In this document: positions 9,820 through 18,122 of the stretch, in pieces
Position numbering within the stretch: position 1 is the stretch's first letter
Layout: each line of letters starts with the position of its first letter
DNA from: a virus
Direction: 5' to 3' (one strand)
IMG/VR virus record: IMGVR_UViG_3300042868_009121
Coordinates: 32,001 to 96,000 of that record
Length of the DNA stretch: 64,000 bases
Position numbers and translations under genes: made by a program
Notes under the pieces: model-generated
Database searches by the model: none
Told to the model about the DNA's origin: nothing
The model's input: the letters and a program-made list of their open reading frames with translations, nothing else

Positions 9820-10038
9820 TTAATAAATTCTATCTTGTTTTTCTTGTTTATATTCTTTGTACTTTCTTACCCAAGTAAAGCTAACATCAACTGCCATTAA
9901 TATTGGTGCCATTACTAATATAGCTAATGTTTCTAATGCAGGAGATGCATATAAAGGATCTTCATTTCTTTTAGCATAACTTGTATACATTTTATATATG
10001 CAGTAAATTATGCTGATAATGTAAATAGTTAATATCAT
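9820..10038 (-). CDS. Small membrane protein
   Basis: Two hydrophobic segments; promoter-like box upstream. Confidence 0.7.
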   Translation of the reverse strand: MILTIYIISIIYCIYKMYTSYAKRNEDPLYASPALETLAILVMAPILMAVDVSFTWVRKYKEYKQEKQDRIY

Positions 10039-10053
10039 AACGTTTTATTTATT

Positions 10054-10095
10054 CAAATATAAAAAGATCTTTTGATATTGATATAATTGATCTTT
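10054..10095 (-). promoter_or_regulatory. Promoter: AAAGATCAATT-N23-TATATTTG (Bacteroidetes -7-like box)
   Basis: The same bipartite motif recurs at 12168-12209, 34277-34317 and 44101-44141. Confidence 0.6.
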
Positions 10096-10175
10096 AGAGT
10101 GATTCATTTTATTGATTTAGAAAGATATTTATTCTTGTACCACAAGGTATATATTTTTAACTTAAATCATTAGAA

Positions 10176-10346
10176 ATGAAAAAAACTGAATTACTAGGCC
10201 TTATCAGACACGCTCTTACTTTTGTCGGCGGTATCGTTGTTGCAAAAGGTTTGATTGATGAGAGCCTATTCCAAGAAGTTCTTGGTGGTGTTATGACTTT
10301 ATTTGGTGCTGGTTGGTCTCTTTGGGAGAAGAAAAAAGCTGCGTAA
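10176..10346 (+). CDS. Small 2-TM holin-like protein (56 aa; not in ORF track)
   Basis: MKKTELLGLIRHALTFVGGIVVAKGLIDESLFQEVLGGVMTLFGAGWSLWEKKKAA. ATATTTAT box upstream and terminator downstream. Confidence 0.7.
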   Translation: MKKTELLGLIRHALTFVGGIVVAKGLIDESLFQEVLGGVMTLFGAGWSLWEKKKAA

Positions 10347-10370
10347 TTAAAAACACTTTATTTAAAACAA

Positions 10371-10400
10371 AAGAGAGCCGGTTTCTACCGGCTTTTTTTA
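10371..10400. terminator. Intrinsic terminator, probably bidirectional
   Basis: AGCCGGT-TTCT-ACCGGCT stem with A/T tracts, between convergent genes. Confidence 0.8.
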
Positions 10401-10427
10401 TTAAAAGACTACTGTTCTTCAACTATT

Positions 10428-10703
10428 TTATTTTTTGTTTGTTAATTTAGTTTCTAATTTATCTAGTCTTGAATCCAATTGTGAATAGATGTCTTTTTCA
10501 AAACCATCAATTCTTGAATGACAGTGTCTATTTTCTTCAGCTATATTCTGATAAATTTCTCCTACAACTGAATCAAGTTGTCTTTGAATATTATCTAATT
10601 GATTTTTCACTTTTATTACCTTAACGAAGGCATAAGTAGCAACTATAGCCAAAGCTATAACCACAACGAATGCTATCCCTAAAACGAATGATAGTGTTTC
10701 CAT
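10428..10703 (-). CDS. Single-TM coiled-coil protein
   Basis: METLSFVLGIAFVVVIALAIVA... with AAGGAG upstream; flanked by a 15-bp inverted repeat. Confidence 0.7.
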   Translation of the reverse strand: METLSFVLGIAFVVVIALAIVATYAFVKVIKVKNQLDNIQRQLDSVVGEIYQNIAEENRHCHSRIDGFEKDIYSQLDSRLDKLETKLTNKK

Positions 10704-10721
10704 GATTTGTTTCTCCTTATA

Positions 10722-10733
10722 TGTCAAAGAACA
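10722..10733 (-). promoter_or_regulatory. BoxA-like antitermination element TGTTCTTTGACA
   Basis: Close to the rrn boxA consensus (TGCTCTTTAACA); sits directly downstream of a tRNA. Confidence 0.55.
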
Positions 10734-10742
10734 GTAGCCTTG

Positions 10743-10816
10743 TTGACCCTCTCGGGCTTGAACCGAGGACCCACAGATTATGAGTCTGTTGCTCTAACCA
10801 ACTGAGCTAAGGATCA
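10743..10816 (-). tRNA. tRNA with CAT anticodon (elongator Met or lysidine-Ile2)
   Basis: TGATCCT/AGGGTCA acceptor, TAGCTCAGTTGGTTAGAGC D-arm, ACAGA-CTCATAA-TCTGT. Lacks the three initiator G-C pairs. Confidence 0.92.
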
Positions 10817-10828
10817 ATCTTGATTCAG

Positions 10829-10900
10829 AGCCCCCGCCCAGAATCGAACTGAGTTATCGTGATTACAAGTCACGCGCATCGCCAGCAATGCTTAAGGGGC
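10829..10900 (-). tRNA. tRNA-Thr(TGT)
   Basis: GCCCCTT acceptor, CGTGA-CTTGTAA-TCACG anticodon arm, GTTCGATTC T-loop. Confidence 0.88.
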
Positions 10901-10902
10901 AT

Positions 10903-10931
10903 AAAAAAGGGAAGTCATTTCTGACCTCCCT
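10903..10931 (-). terminator. Intrinsic terminator after the putative ncRNA
   Basis: AGGGAGGTCA-GAAA-TGACTTCCCT followed by a T tract. Confidence 0.75.
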
Positions 10932-11218
10932 ATAAATTGATGGGAATAACGATTACCCATAATCCATGGACAGACCCCTTTTCACCCATAGTCCACAAAG
11001 ATGATCAGTCTAAGTGTTGAGACTAGTTGGATTGACTACCAACAACGCCTGCGGAGATCGTCATGATTTTCTTCGGCGTATCCAGAGCACTTTTAGGTTG
11101 CGCATTCTACCTTTAGTGTTGGTGGTTTTAACTCATCTGTCTGTGAAACCCAACTCAATAGCTTTTCAGCTATCTTATTAGTGCCTTAATCCCTCTCAAG
11201 GATTTATTCGGCCACATT
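10932..11218 (-). ncRNA. Unassigned structured ncRNA (~285 nt)
   Basis: GC-enriched, no ORF in the track, lies between tmRNA and tRNA-Thr. Several hairpins (GATAGCT-GAAA-AGCTATT, AATCCT/GGGATT, GTTGG/CCAAC, ACGCC/GGCGT, TAGTCT/AGACTG, ATGGG/CCCAT) plus a long-range pairing. Confidence 0.65.
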
Positions 11219-11226
11219 TTTATTTT

Positions 11227-11614
11227 TGGTGGAGATAGTGGGATTCGAACCCACGTCTCCGAAAGAGACAATAATACTAACGTCTCACATGCTTAGTACT
11301 GCTTGCGCTGCACCGTAAGGGCTGACTTGTTATGGTCGGATCCACCACTTGATTTTATGACTATCAAGAAAACAATCTACAGTCCTTATTTAACGAGTCG
11401 ATCGTGAATACTCGGAGTAGTTCTGTTCCTAGGTTACTCACCCGAGTTTGACTAGGCAGCTACTGCGTAGTCAGCACCAACGAAAGACATTGCGTCTTCG
11501 AAAGTGAATGAAGATAATTCTTCAGCGTTTATTGTTTAGTATCTTCTAAGGCAGTATACTCAAATGCCTGCATGTAGTATTACCTCAACATTCGGATCGA
11601 TACCGGTTATCCCC
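11227..11614 (-). ncRNA. ssrA: tmRNA
   Basis: 5' GGGGATA pairs with 3' TATCTCC-ACCA, giving the G3-U alanine identity pair. T-arm GTGGGTTCGAATCCCAC. Tag ORF after ATAAAC reads AEELSSFTFEDAMSFVGADYAVAA* (11526-11452). Confidence 0.93.
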
Positions 11615-11619
11615 ATATT

Positions 11620-11856
11620 TTAAAGATCTACACAGTAAAATACTGCGGTAGGTTTGTGTTCTAAAAAAGTTTCATCTAATGAATCTTCATCACTTGTAAT
11701 AAGAGGAACAAATCTATTAGAGTTAAATGATGTGTATCCTTCTGGAACACTAACTTCTTCTAATATAAAATTGTTACTAACAGTTACTTGAGCTACGGTA
11801 TAAACTTCACCTTCAGTAAGCACATCTTCATATCCATTTATACAGAGAACTTTCAT
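11620..11856 (-). CDS. Hypothetical protein (small beta/SH3-like)
   Basis: MKVLCIN...LTEGEVYTV pattern. Confidence 0.65.
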   Translation of the reverse strand: MKVLCINGYEDVLTEGEVYTVAQVTVSNNFILEEVSVPEGYTSFNSNRFVPLITSDEDSLDETFLEHKPTAVFYCVDL

Positions 11857-11935
11857 ATAATAAGTATTTGATTTTATGTAAAAAGACGTTTCAACGGTAG
11901 TCGTTCCGAGCGTTTCCCTCGACAGCCCATAGTAA

Positions 11936-12142
11936 TTACTTTACTGGAATCTCGTGTGCAGATTGACCGGCACCTACTGCATCATTTAATTGAGCAGAAT
12001 CAGTTACTACATTTACAGAGTCAACTGGAGCTACTACTGAATCTACAGGAGCTACAAGTGAATCAGTGGCAGGAGTCTCACCAGAACCACCACAAGAGGC
12101 AAGCATAACAAGCATTGCCATAGCGATAACCATCTTTTTCAT
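11936..12142 (-). CDS. Small lipoprotein with DS-rich repeats
   Basis: Lipobox LASC followed by repeated (V)APVDS. Confidence 0.75.
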   Translation of the reverse strand: MKKMVIAMAMLVMLASCGGSGETPATDSLVAPVDSVVAPVDSVNVVTDSAQLNDAVGAGQSAHEIPVK

Positions 12143-12167
12143 TTTTCTATTTTGATTTGTTTCAATA

Positions 12168-12209
12168 CAAATATAAGATAGATTTGTTTATTGGATACAA
12201 TTAATCTTT
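12168..12209 (-). promoter_or_regulatory. Promoter: AAAGATTAATT-N23-TATATTTG
   Basis: Recurrent bipartite motif; could drive the lipoprotein-tmRNA-ncRNA transcript. Confidence 0.6.
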
Positions 12210-12226
12210 ATAGTGAACCACTTTTT

Positions 12227-13417
12227 TTATTGTCCCTTACTAGGAAATTTAGTCCAACCATTGATCCAAGTAGGCATAGCTAATTCAGGAATAATAACAT
12301 CAATCTCTTTATTACCTTTTCCTAAAGCTAGTGTTTTAAGTTGATCATTAGTTAGGATTGTTGTTGCTTTACTAATAAAGTTTTGAGTTGGATTGAATGC
12401 ACCTACTGAATTATTTTCAAATATAGATACACCGTCTTTTATTGCTTGAGCTGTTTCATTACTTTCTAAACTTAATCCACCTTTTATCCAACCGTAGATA
12501 GCACTATTCTTTACTGTAAATTGTGTAGCTCTTCTAAACCTTAAACCTAGATTGTGGTTCGCTAATGCGGTTTGATTATTAGGTCCAACTAATACCATTC
12601 CAATTAATTTAGGATGCGTAAATGGTTGTGCCAGTGAGCCCACACCATCATTATCACATTCTACACCATTACCTGCGTCACCGTTGTCTACAAACAAAGG
12701 ATCACGTTTTGCAATACCATTTGTTACAGTTCCAGTGTAACCAAAATCAAAGTCAAAGTCATCATCTGCTGTAGCATACGCATAAAGATTTTTTGGAGAA
12801 ACAGTTCCGCCAAAGAATTCAAATGCATCATCGTTAGCATAGATTGTTTGTACATTTTCAATTATAGTACCAGAACCTACACCACCTAAAGTAAGTGCAT
12901 TAATTTCTGAGTTAGGTAATGCGGCAATTCCTGCATATTCAATACGAACATACTTCAAAATACCACTGTTGTCTCCATCATCATTACCACCAAATGGACG
13001 ACCAATACCACCTTCAATAGTTGGTTCTGATGAACGATTAGTTTTTGCTTTGCCTAATATTACAATTCCACCCCAGTCACCAGGAGACCTCTCGCCGGCG
13101 ATTTTTCCTGAGGTAAAAATGATTGGTTTTGTTGCTGTTCCTTCTGCAATAATCTTTGCACCTCTTTCGATACATAAAGCACCTTTTTCTGCAATATCAC
13201 TTTTAATTACAGTTCCTGCTTGAATAATTAATGTAGCACCTTCTTTAACATAAACGTATCCTCTTAGAGTCCATTCTTTGTCAGAAGTAAGAGTTGTAGT
13301 TATTGTAATGTTACCCGTAATTGTTTTGTCAGTAGGTACATTTATAGGTGGATCTATAGGTTCTTTTTTACAAGCAAATAAACCGATAATTACTAAAAAT
13401 AAAATTAGCTTTTTCAT
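12227..13417 (-). CDS. Surface lipoprotein, beta-helix-like, partner of the TonB-dependent receptor
   Basis: Lipobox LFAC; PGDWGGIVILGKA, DNSGILKYVRIEYAG, EINALTLGGVGSGT, DDAFEFFGGTV, DDDFDFDFG motifs. Confidence 0.8.
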   Translation of the reverse strand: MKKLILFLVIIGLFACKKEPIDPPINVPTDKTITGNITITTTLTSDKEWTLRGYVYVKEGATLIIQAGTVIKSDIAEKGALCIERGAKIIAEGTATKPIIFTSGKIAGERSPGDWGGIVILGKAKTNRSSEPTIEGGIGRPFGGNDDGDNSGILKYVRIEYAGIAALPNSEINALTLGGVGSGTIIENVQTIYANDDAFEFFGGTVSPKNLYAYATADDDFDFDFGYTGTVTNGIAKRDPLFVDNGDAGNGVECDNDGVGSLAQPFTHPKLIGMVLVGPNNQTALANHNLGLRFRRATQFTVKNSAIYGWIKGGLSLESNETAQAIKDGVSIFENNSVGAFNPTQNFISKATTILTNDQLKTLALGKGNKEIDVIIPELAMPTWINGWTKFPSKGQ

Positions 13418-15663
13418 AAATTCAAATTAAATGTTAATGAAATTGATTGTTCGTTATTTGTTTTAATTAAATTGCCTCTTGATTTTTGATAATAAACAGA
13501 TGGTTGGGCAAGTATATCACCTACTGCTAATTTTATTTCTCCTTTACCTACTTTACGTAAGAATACTAAATCTATAACATCTCTAGAGTTTTCAAATATA
13601 TCATCGTATCCTTGAAAACCTACCGCAGATATTCTATCTCCAACTCTGTTATAAGAAATGTTAAACGTATTTTTTCCTTTATGTAAATTCAATCCACCAT
13701 TTACAACATAATTAGATTGTCCTTGTAATTGTCTTTTTCTTCCATTAACAATAACTTCAGATTTAACTATAGAAGTATTAGTATAAGCATCTAACCAATT
13801 AGTTATTTTTTTACGAAATTCTATTTCAAATCCAGCAACTAATGCTTGATCTGGGTTCAAGTAAGTTAATAATAGGTTTGATGGTACAGATCCATCTGCT
13901 ACTATTTGTTCAATTGGCTTTTTAAAGTCTTTAATAAAGAAAGCGGCAGATATATTTTCACCTTGTTTAGGATAGTATTCTAATTTAATATCAATATTGT
14001 ATATATCTGTTTTTTCTAAATTAGTATTACCCAATAATTGAGCATTACGTACAAAATCATAATAAGCAAAATTAGCCACTTCTCTAAATTCAGGTCTTGC
14101 TAATGTTTTACTAGCAGATATTCTATATTTGAATTTATCCCATTCATAAGAAAAGTTTACCGACGGTAAAAAGTCTAAGTACTTCCTATTTACATCAACT
14201 TTTTGTCCACTAAAATCTGCAGTATTAACATTAAACAAATTATATTCTGTTCTTAAACCTGCATTTACTTTCCAACCATTTAACTCGCCTTCATATAAAG
14301 CATACGCACTCGCTAAATCAAAATCTGCTGAATACTTGTCTGTGTTGTTAGTAATTTCATCTAACATGTCTATAGAAGTATATCTAAAGATTCTAGCTTT
14401 GAAAGTTCTATATTTTTTAATATAGCTTGAACCCATTTTAAAATTACCTAGTTGTTTATTCACACTAGCATTTAAACCATTTTCATCCATATCACTCCAG
14501 AAACGATAAGTATCTCTCCATGCTGTTGCATAAGGTTCATTAACACCTAATGATTTAGTTATTGGATTAATTCTATAGTCTGGTTGTTTTCTTATCATTA
14601 AGTTATATCCTACATTAAAATCAAAAGTTTTAATCTTGCCATCAAATTGTGAATTGATCAATGTTTTAATTATATTGTTAGATGCTGTACTTCTTACATC
14701 TTGAACATTATCATAATTTTCACCATTACGAGTTAAATACGTTTGTTCAACTTGATGATTAAATAATGTTTTCCAACTATACTTATTCTTTCCTGTATAA
14801 GTAATATTAGTTAGTGCATTTAATAATTGCACCTTACTAAATGAAGTATCTTTATATTTGTAAGCTAATTCAGTTGAAGATTGATAATCTTGTCTATCAA
14901 TGTAGTTTAATTGGAATGTATTTCTTGTTGTTGAACTAAATAAAAAGTTCCACTTATTTCTTTTTAAACCAAAAGACATTGATCCATTTAAGTTAGGAAT
15001 GGATTTAAATTGTTTGGCGTCTGGAGACTTTATAAGGCTTGTATAATTCCTTTTCTCTGTGTTTGTGCTTACGCGGTAAGTGTATGTGGATGGAAATTGA
15101 GTGGGGACGGTCGTATAATCCACCAATTTGAAATTTTGGGAAGTTGATACGGCCCCGTAGTTCATTCCGAGGCCTAATGAGAAAAAATCATTGGACACAT
15201 CTTTTGTAGTTATTTGAACAATACCTCCTGCAAAATCACCGGGTAAATTAGCTGTAGCTGACTTTGCTACTATGATATTATCTATAAGTCCTGAGGGAAT
15301 AATATCAAATGAGAATGCTCTACGATCAGGTTCTGTTGAAGGTAAAATGGTTTTATTCAACATAGCAGAGTTATATCTGTCTGCTAAACCTCTAACCAAT
15401 ACAAATTTATCGTTCTGTATAGTAACACCATTAACTCTTTTGAGTGCGTCACCTACACTACGGTCAGGAGTCTTTTTTATAAATTCAATAGAAAGACCAT
15501 CAGATATAACAGAACTATTTCTGATACTATTAACAACGGCAATATTGGATTCTTTCTTTTGTACAGAACGAATTGTAATATTGTCTAGTTTTTGATTAAA
15601 AATTGTGTCTTGAGAAAATGACAGAACCGGGAATAGTAAAAATAATAACGTTTTTAATTTCAT
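13414..15663 (-). CDS. TonB-dependent outer-membrane receptor
   Basis: Signal peptide; plug motif ALKRVNGVT...VRGLADRYN...FDIIP...LPGDFAGG; barrel motifs LARPEFRE and GNTNLE; amphipathic C-terminal strand. Confidence 0.9.
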   Translation of the reverse strand: MKLKTLLFLLFPVLSFSQDTIFNQKLDNITIRSVQKKESNIAVVNSIRNSSVISDGLSIEFIKKTPDRSVGDALKRVNGVTIQNDKFVLVRGLADRYNSAMLNKTILPSTEPDRRAFSFDIIPSGLIDNIIVAKSATANLPGDFAGGIVQITTKDVSNDFFSLGLGMNYGAVSTSQNFKLVDYTTVPTQFPSTYTYRVSTNTEKRNYTSLIKSPDAKQFKSIPNLNGSMSFGLKRNKWNFLFSSTTRNTFQLNYIDRQDYQSSTELAYKYKDTSFSKVQLLNALTNITYTGKNKYSWKTLFNHQVEQTYLTRNGENYDNVQDVRSTASNNIIKTLINSQFDGKIKTFDFNVGYNLMIRKQPDYRINPITKSLGVNEPYATAWRDTYRFWSDMDENGLNASVNKQLGNFKMGSSYIKKYRTFKARIFRYTSIDMLDEITNNTDKYSADFDLASAYALYEGELNGWKVNAGLRTEYNLFNVNTADFSGQKVDVNRKYLDFLPSVNFSYEWDKFKYRISASKTLARPEFREVANFAYYDFVRNAQLLGNTNLEKTDIYNIDIKLEYYPKQGENISAAFFIKDFKKPIEQIVADGSVPSNLLLTYLNPDQALVAGFEIEFRKKITNWLDAYTNTSIVKSEVIVNGRKRQLQGQSNYVVNGGLNLHKGKNTFNISYNRVGDRISAVGFQGYDDIFENSRDVIDLVFLRKVGKGEIKLAVGDILAQPSVYYQKSRGNLIKTNNEQSISLTFNLNL

Positions 15664-15725
15664 ATAAATAGATATTTTGGAAATTTATTCCAAATGATAT
15701 CTTAATATTACTAAATTATTAATTA

Positions 15726-16025
15726 TTACTTACTGCTTTTCTCCTTAGTGCCAAAATAATAACTAAAGATCATTAGTACTAGCGTCTTTATTAGATCAAA
15801 TAACTCTTTATTTTGCTCAGGAGATATTAAATTAATTTTCCAAGCTATAGTTTTATCAACAATAAATAAAGCAACTAAAGCAGTAAATATCATTAATATA
15901 AATCTAACTAATATTTCTTGAGTATTTTGTGCAAATAGTTTATACGTAAAATAAACAGACATCATTATAAACCCTAAAGCCGCAAATATCCCTAGAATCA
16001 TTGTTAATCCACCTTCTGAAAACAT
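15726..16025 (-). CDS. 3-TM membrane protein, holin-like
   Basis: Three hydrophobic helices ending in YYFG plus a basic tail, a pattern common in phage holin-like proteins. Confidence 0.55.
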   Translation of the reverse strand: MFSEGGLTMILGIFAALGFIMMSVYFTYKLFAQNTQEILVRFILMIFTALVALFIVDKTIAWKINLISPEQNKELFDLIKTLVLMIFSYYFGTKEKSSK

Positions 16026-16029
16026 AACT

Positions 16030-16431
16030 TTATTTTAATTGGTTTTGACTTGTATCTATTTTTTCAGTGATTACACTATCAGATTTTATAGTAGTATTTG
16101 TTTTTTCTTTACCCCAAAAATTCTTTTTAGTCTCAATATAAACAGTATCTATTTTATATACAATTTTTTCAGTAGCTATTGTTTGTTTACTTAATACTTC
16201 TTTATATTTTTCAACTTCAGTATTTAAATAGCTTATTTCTTTAACTATTTTAACTACTTGTTCTTTAGCAGTTGAATCTGATTGGTGGTAAACTAGAACT
16301 GCTGTATCAAAGTGTTTTTGGCTACTTTCAAGTATATTATCTACTTCTATCATTTGTTTAGTTATAACCTCTTGATCTTGGTTTTTACAACTAAATAAAA
16401 ATAAAAAAGATAATAGTAATAATTTTTTCAT
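16030..16431 (-). CDS. Coiled-coil lipoprotein (o-spanin-like?)
   Basis: Lipobox LFSC; lies in the lysis-like cluster. Confidence 0.5.
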   Translation of the reverse strand: MKKLLLLSFLFLFSCKNQDQEVITKQMIEVDNILESSQKHFDTAVLVYHQSDSTAKEQVVKIVKEISYLNTEVEKYKEVLSKQTIATEKIVYKIDTVYIETKKNFWGKEKTNTTIKSDSVITEKIDTSQNQLK

Positions 16432-16432
16432 A

Positions 16433-16735
16433 TTATTTAATTTTACCTAATTCTTGTAACAATGTAATTTTAGAAACAGCAGAAGCTAAAGCGCTATCAG
16501 ATCTACGAAGTTGATTTGATAATATATCAACTTTGGTTTCTAATACTACAATTTTAGCGTCTTGTTTAGTTACTATTTCTTTATTTGATAATTTAATATC
16601 AACATAAAGATATCCAATTGCAATTAATACAATAAATAATAATCCTTTAACAGGATCTTTGCTAAATTCTTTAAATGAGATTGGAGGTTTAATTGTTCCT
16701 GCCAATGATTCTACCGCTGTTTTTTTTGGTGCCAT
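16433..16735 (-). CDS. Single-TM coiled-coil protein (i-spanin/holin-like?)
   Basis: One TM (GLLFIVLIAIGYLYV) followed by a coiled coil. Confidence 0.5.
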   Translation of the reverse strand: MAPKKTAVESLAGTIKPPISFKEFSKDPVKGLLFIVLIAIGYLYVDIKLSNKEIVTKQDAKIVVLETKVDILSNQLRRSDSALASAVSKITLLQELGKIK

Positions 16736-16736
16736 G

Positions 16737-17852
16737 TTATTTTTGATTTTTACTACCTTCTTGAGTGGCGTATTTTATACCCATAATTGTTCCAACTATT
16801 GAAAACGCATTTGTCAATAATACACTAAACATGTTACTCCAAGTAGAGCCAATAATCTGTGTATCCTTACCAGTAAGCATTGCCATCCAATACAATGTAG
16901 TTGTTACAACACCTACGCCAATAATAACTGCTAATGCAACTTTTACAATCACCTTAATTAACTCGGATTGACTTTTTTTCATTACCACATCTAAATCATT
17001 TAACGCAGCATTTTTTTCTATTTCAATTGCGTCTTTCAGTTTTTTAGAGTTATCCAATTCAATTTGTAAATCTTTTGATAGGGCATCTATCTTGTTTTTA
17101 CTATTGACAGCTTCAGTAACATCAGTAGCAATTTTGATTACATTTGTAACATTTCCTTTGCTGTCAAAGACTGGATTATAGGTGGCTTGTAAATAGATAG
17201 TAGAGCCATCCACTTTTTTTCTTTCAAATATTCCGTCAAAAAACTTGCCGCTTTTTAAGGATTTCCAAAACTTACTATACTCATCTGATTTTGAATACTC
17301 ATAAGTTACAAAAATACTATGATGCTTTCCTATCACTTGGCTTTTTTCATTTGATCTATATCCCATGGTTTCTAAAAACACAGAATTAGCATCTACAATA
17401 AAACCATTAATATCAAAAGTAATAGTTGCAGTACTCTTATTAATTGCGTCTATCTGTTTTTTACTATTTACAATCATAGTAATGTCAGTAGCAACTTTCA
17501 TTACTTTAGTAATTGTACCACTCTCATCGTAAATAGGATTGTATGTTGCTTGTAAGTTGATAAGACTACCGTCTCTTTTCCTTCTTTCAAATTCTCCTTG
17601 ATAGTATTTACCACTTCTTAATATATCCCAGAACTTTTCATATTCCAATGATCTTGCATAATCTTCACATACAAAAATACTATGGTGCTTACCAATAAGT
17701 TCTGCATGCTCATCTGCACCATATCCCATTGCTTCTAAAAATATTGCATTAACACCTAAAATTTTTCCAGTTAGGTCAAAATAGATGATAGCATTGCTAC
17801 GATTAATCGCTTCAAGCCTACTTAGTAATTCTTCTTTAGATAGATTTTTCAT
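16737..17852 (-). CDS. Tandem PAS/PAC-domain protein with C-terminal coiled coil and two TM helices
   Basis: Two BdlA-type PAS repeats (AIIYFDLTGKILGVN..FL..MGY...IGKHHSIF...FW..L..G....GEFER...DG..I.LQATYNPI.D..G....V.K.ATDIT). No MCP or kinase output domain. Confidence 0.88.
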   Translation of the reverse strand: MKNLSKEELLSRLEAINRSNAIIYFDLTGKILGVNAIFLEAMGYGADEHAELIGKHHSIFVCEDYARSLEYEKFWDILRSGKYYQGEFERRKRDGSLINLQATYNPIYDESGTITKVMKVATDITMIVNSKKQIDAINKSTATITFDINGFIVDANSVFLETMGYRSNEKSQVIGKHHSIFVTYEYSKSDEYSKFWKSLKSGKFFDGIFERKKVDGSTIYLQATYNPVFDSKGNVTNVIKIATDVTEAVNSKNKIDALSKDLQIELDNSKKLKDAIEIEKNAALNDLDVVMKKSQSELIKVIVKVALAVIIGVGVVTTTLYWMAMLTGKDTQIIGSTWSNMFSVLLTNAFSIVGTIMGIKYATQEGSKNQK

Positions 17853-18122
17853 TTATTGAGTTACTACAGTATCTACAACTTCAATAGCTAAAGTATCTAT
17901 AGGCTCTACAGGAACAATTACACTATTAATAGGAGTATCTGGAAAAGCATCGCTTACAACATTAATAATTGCTTCAAAATTCAATGATTCTTCAGCAATA
18001 TATCCTTTTTGAACAGCAAATATTCCAGCGGCAATTGCTACTACTGATAAGATGATTACAATTTTCTTTTTACCTTTAAATTTAGTTATTAAAGGAATTA
18101 GTTTTGATACTACGTTTTTCAT
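17853..18122 (-). CDS. Single-TM hypothetical protein
   Basis: Basic N-terminus then IVIILSVVAIAAGIFAV. Confidence 0.65.
   Translation of the reverse strand: MKNVVSKLIPLITKFKGKKKIVIILSVVAIAAGIFAVQKGYIAEESLNFEAIINVVSDAFPDTPINSVIVPVEPIDTLAIEVVDTVVTQ

Noticed and set aside
10932-11218. The ncRNA as RNase P RNA or a group I intron
   Set aside because: No GAGGAAAGTCC-type RNase P motif; the GAGACTA and ATAGTCC words are in the wrong order for a P7 core.
11878-11934. Hammerhead ribozyme (CTGTCGA...GAAAC)
   Set aside because: The core deviates from CUGANGA and no consistent stems I and III could be built.
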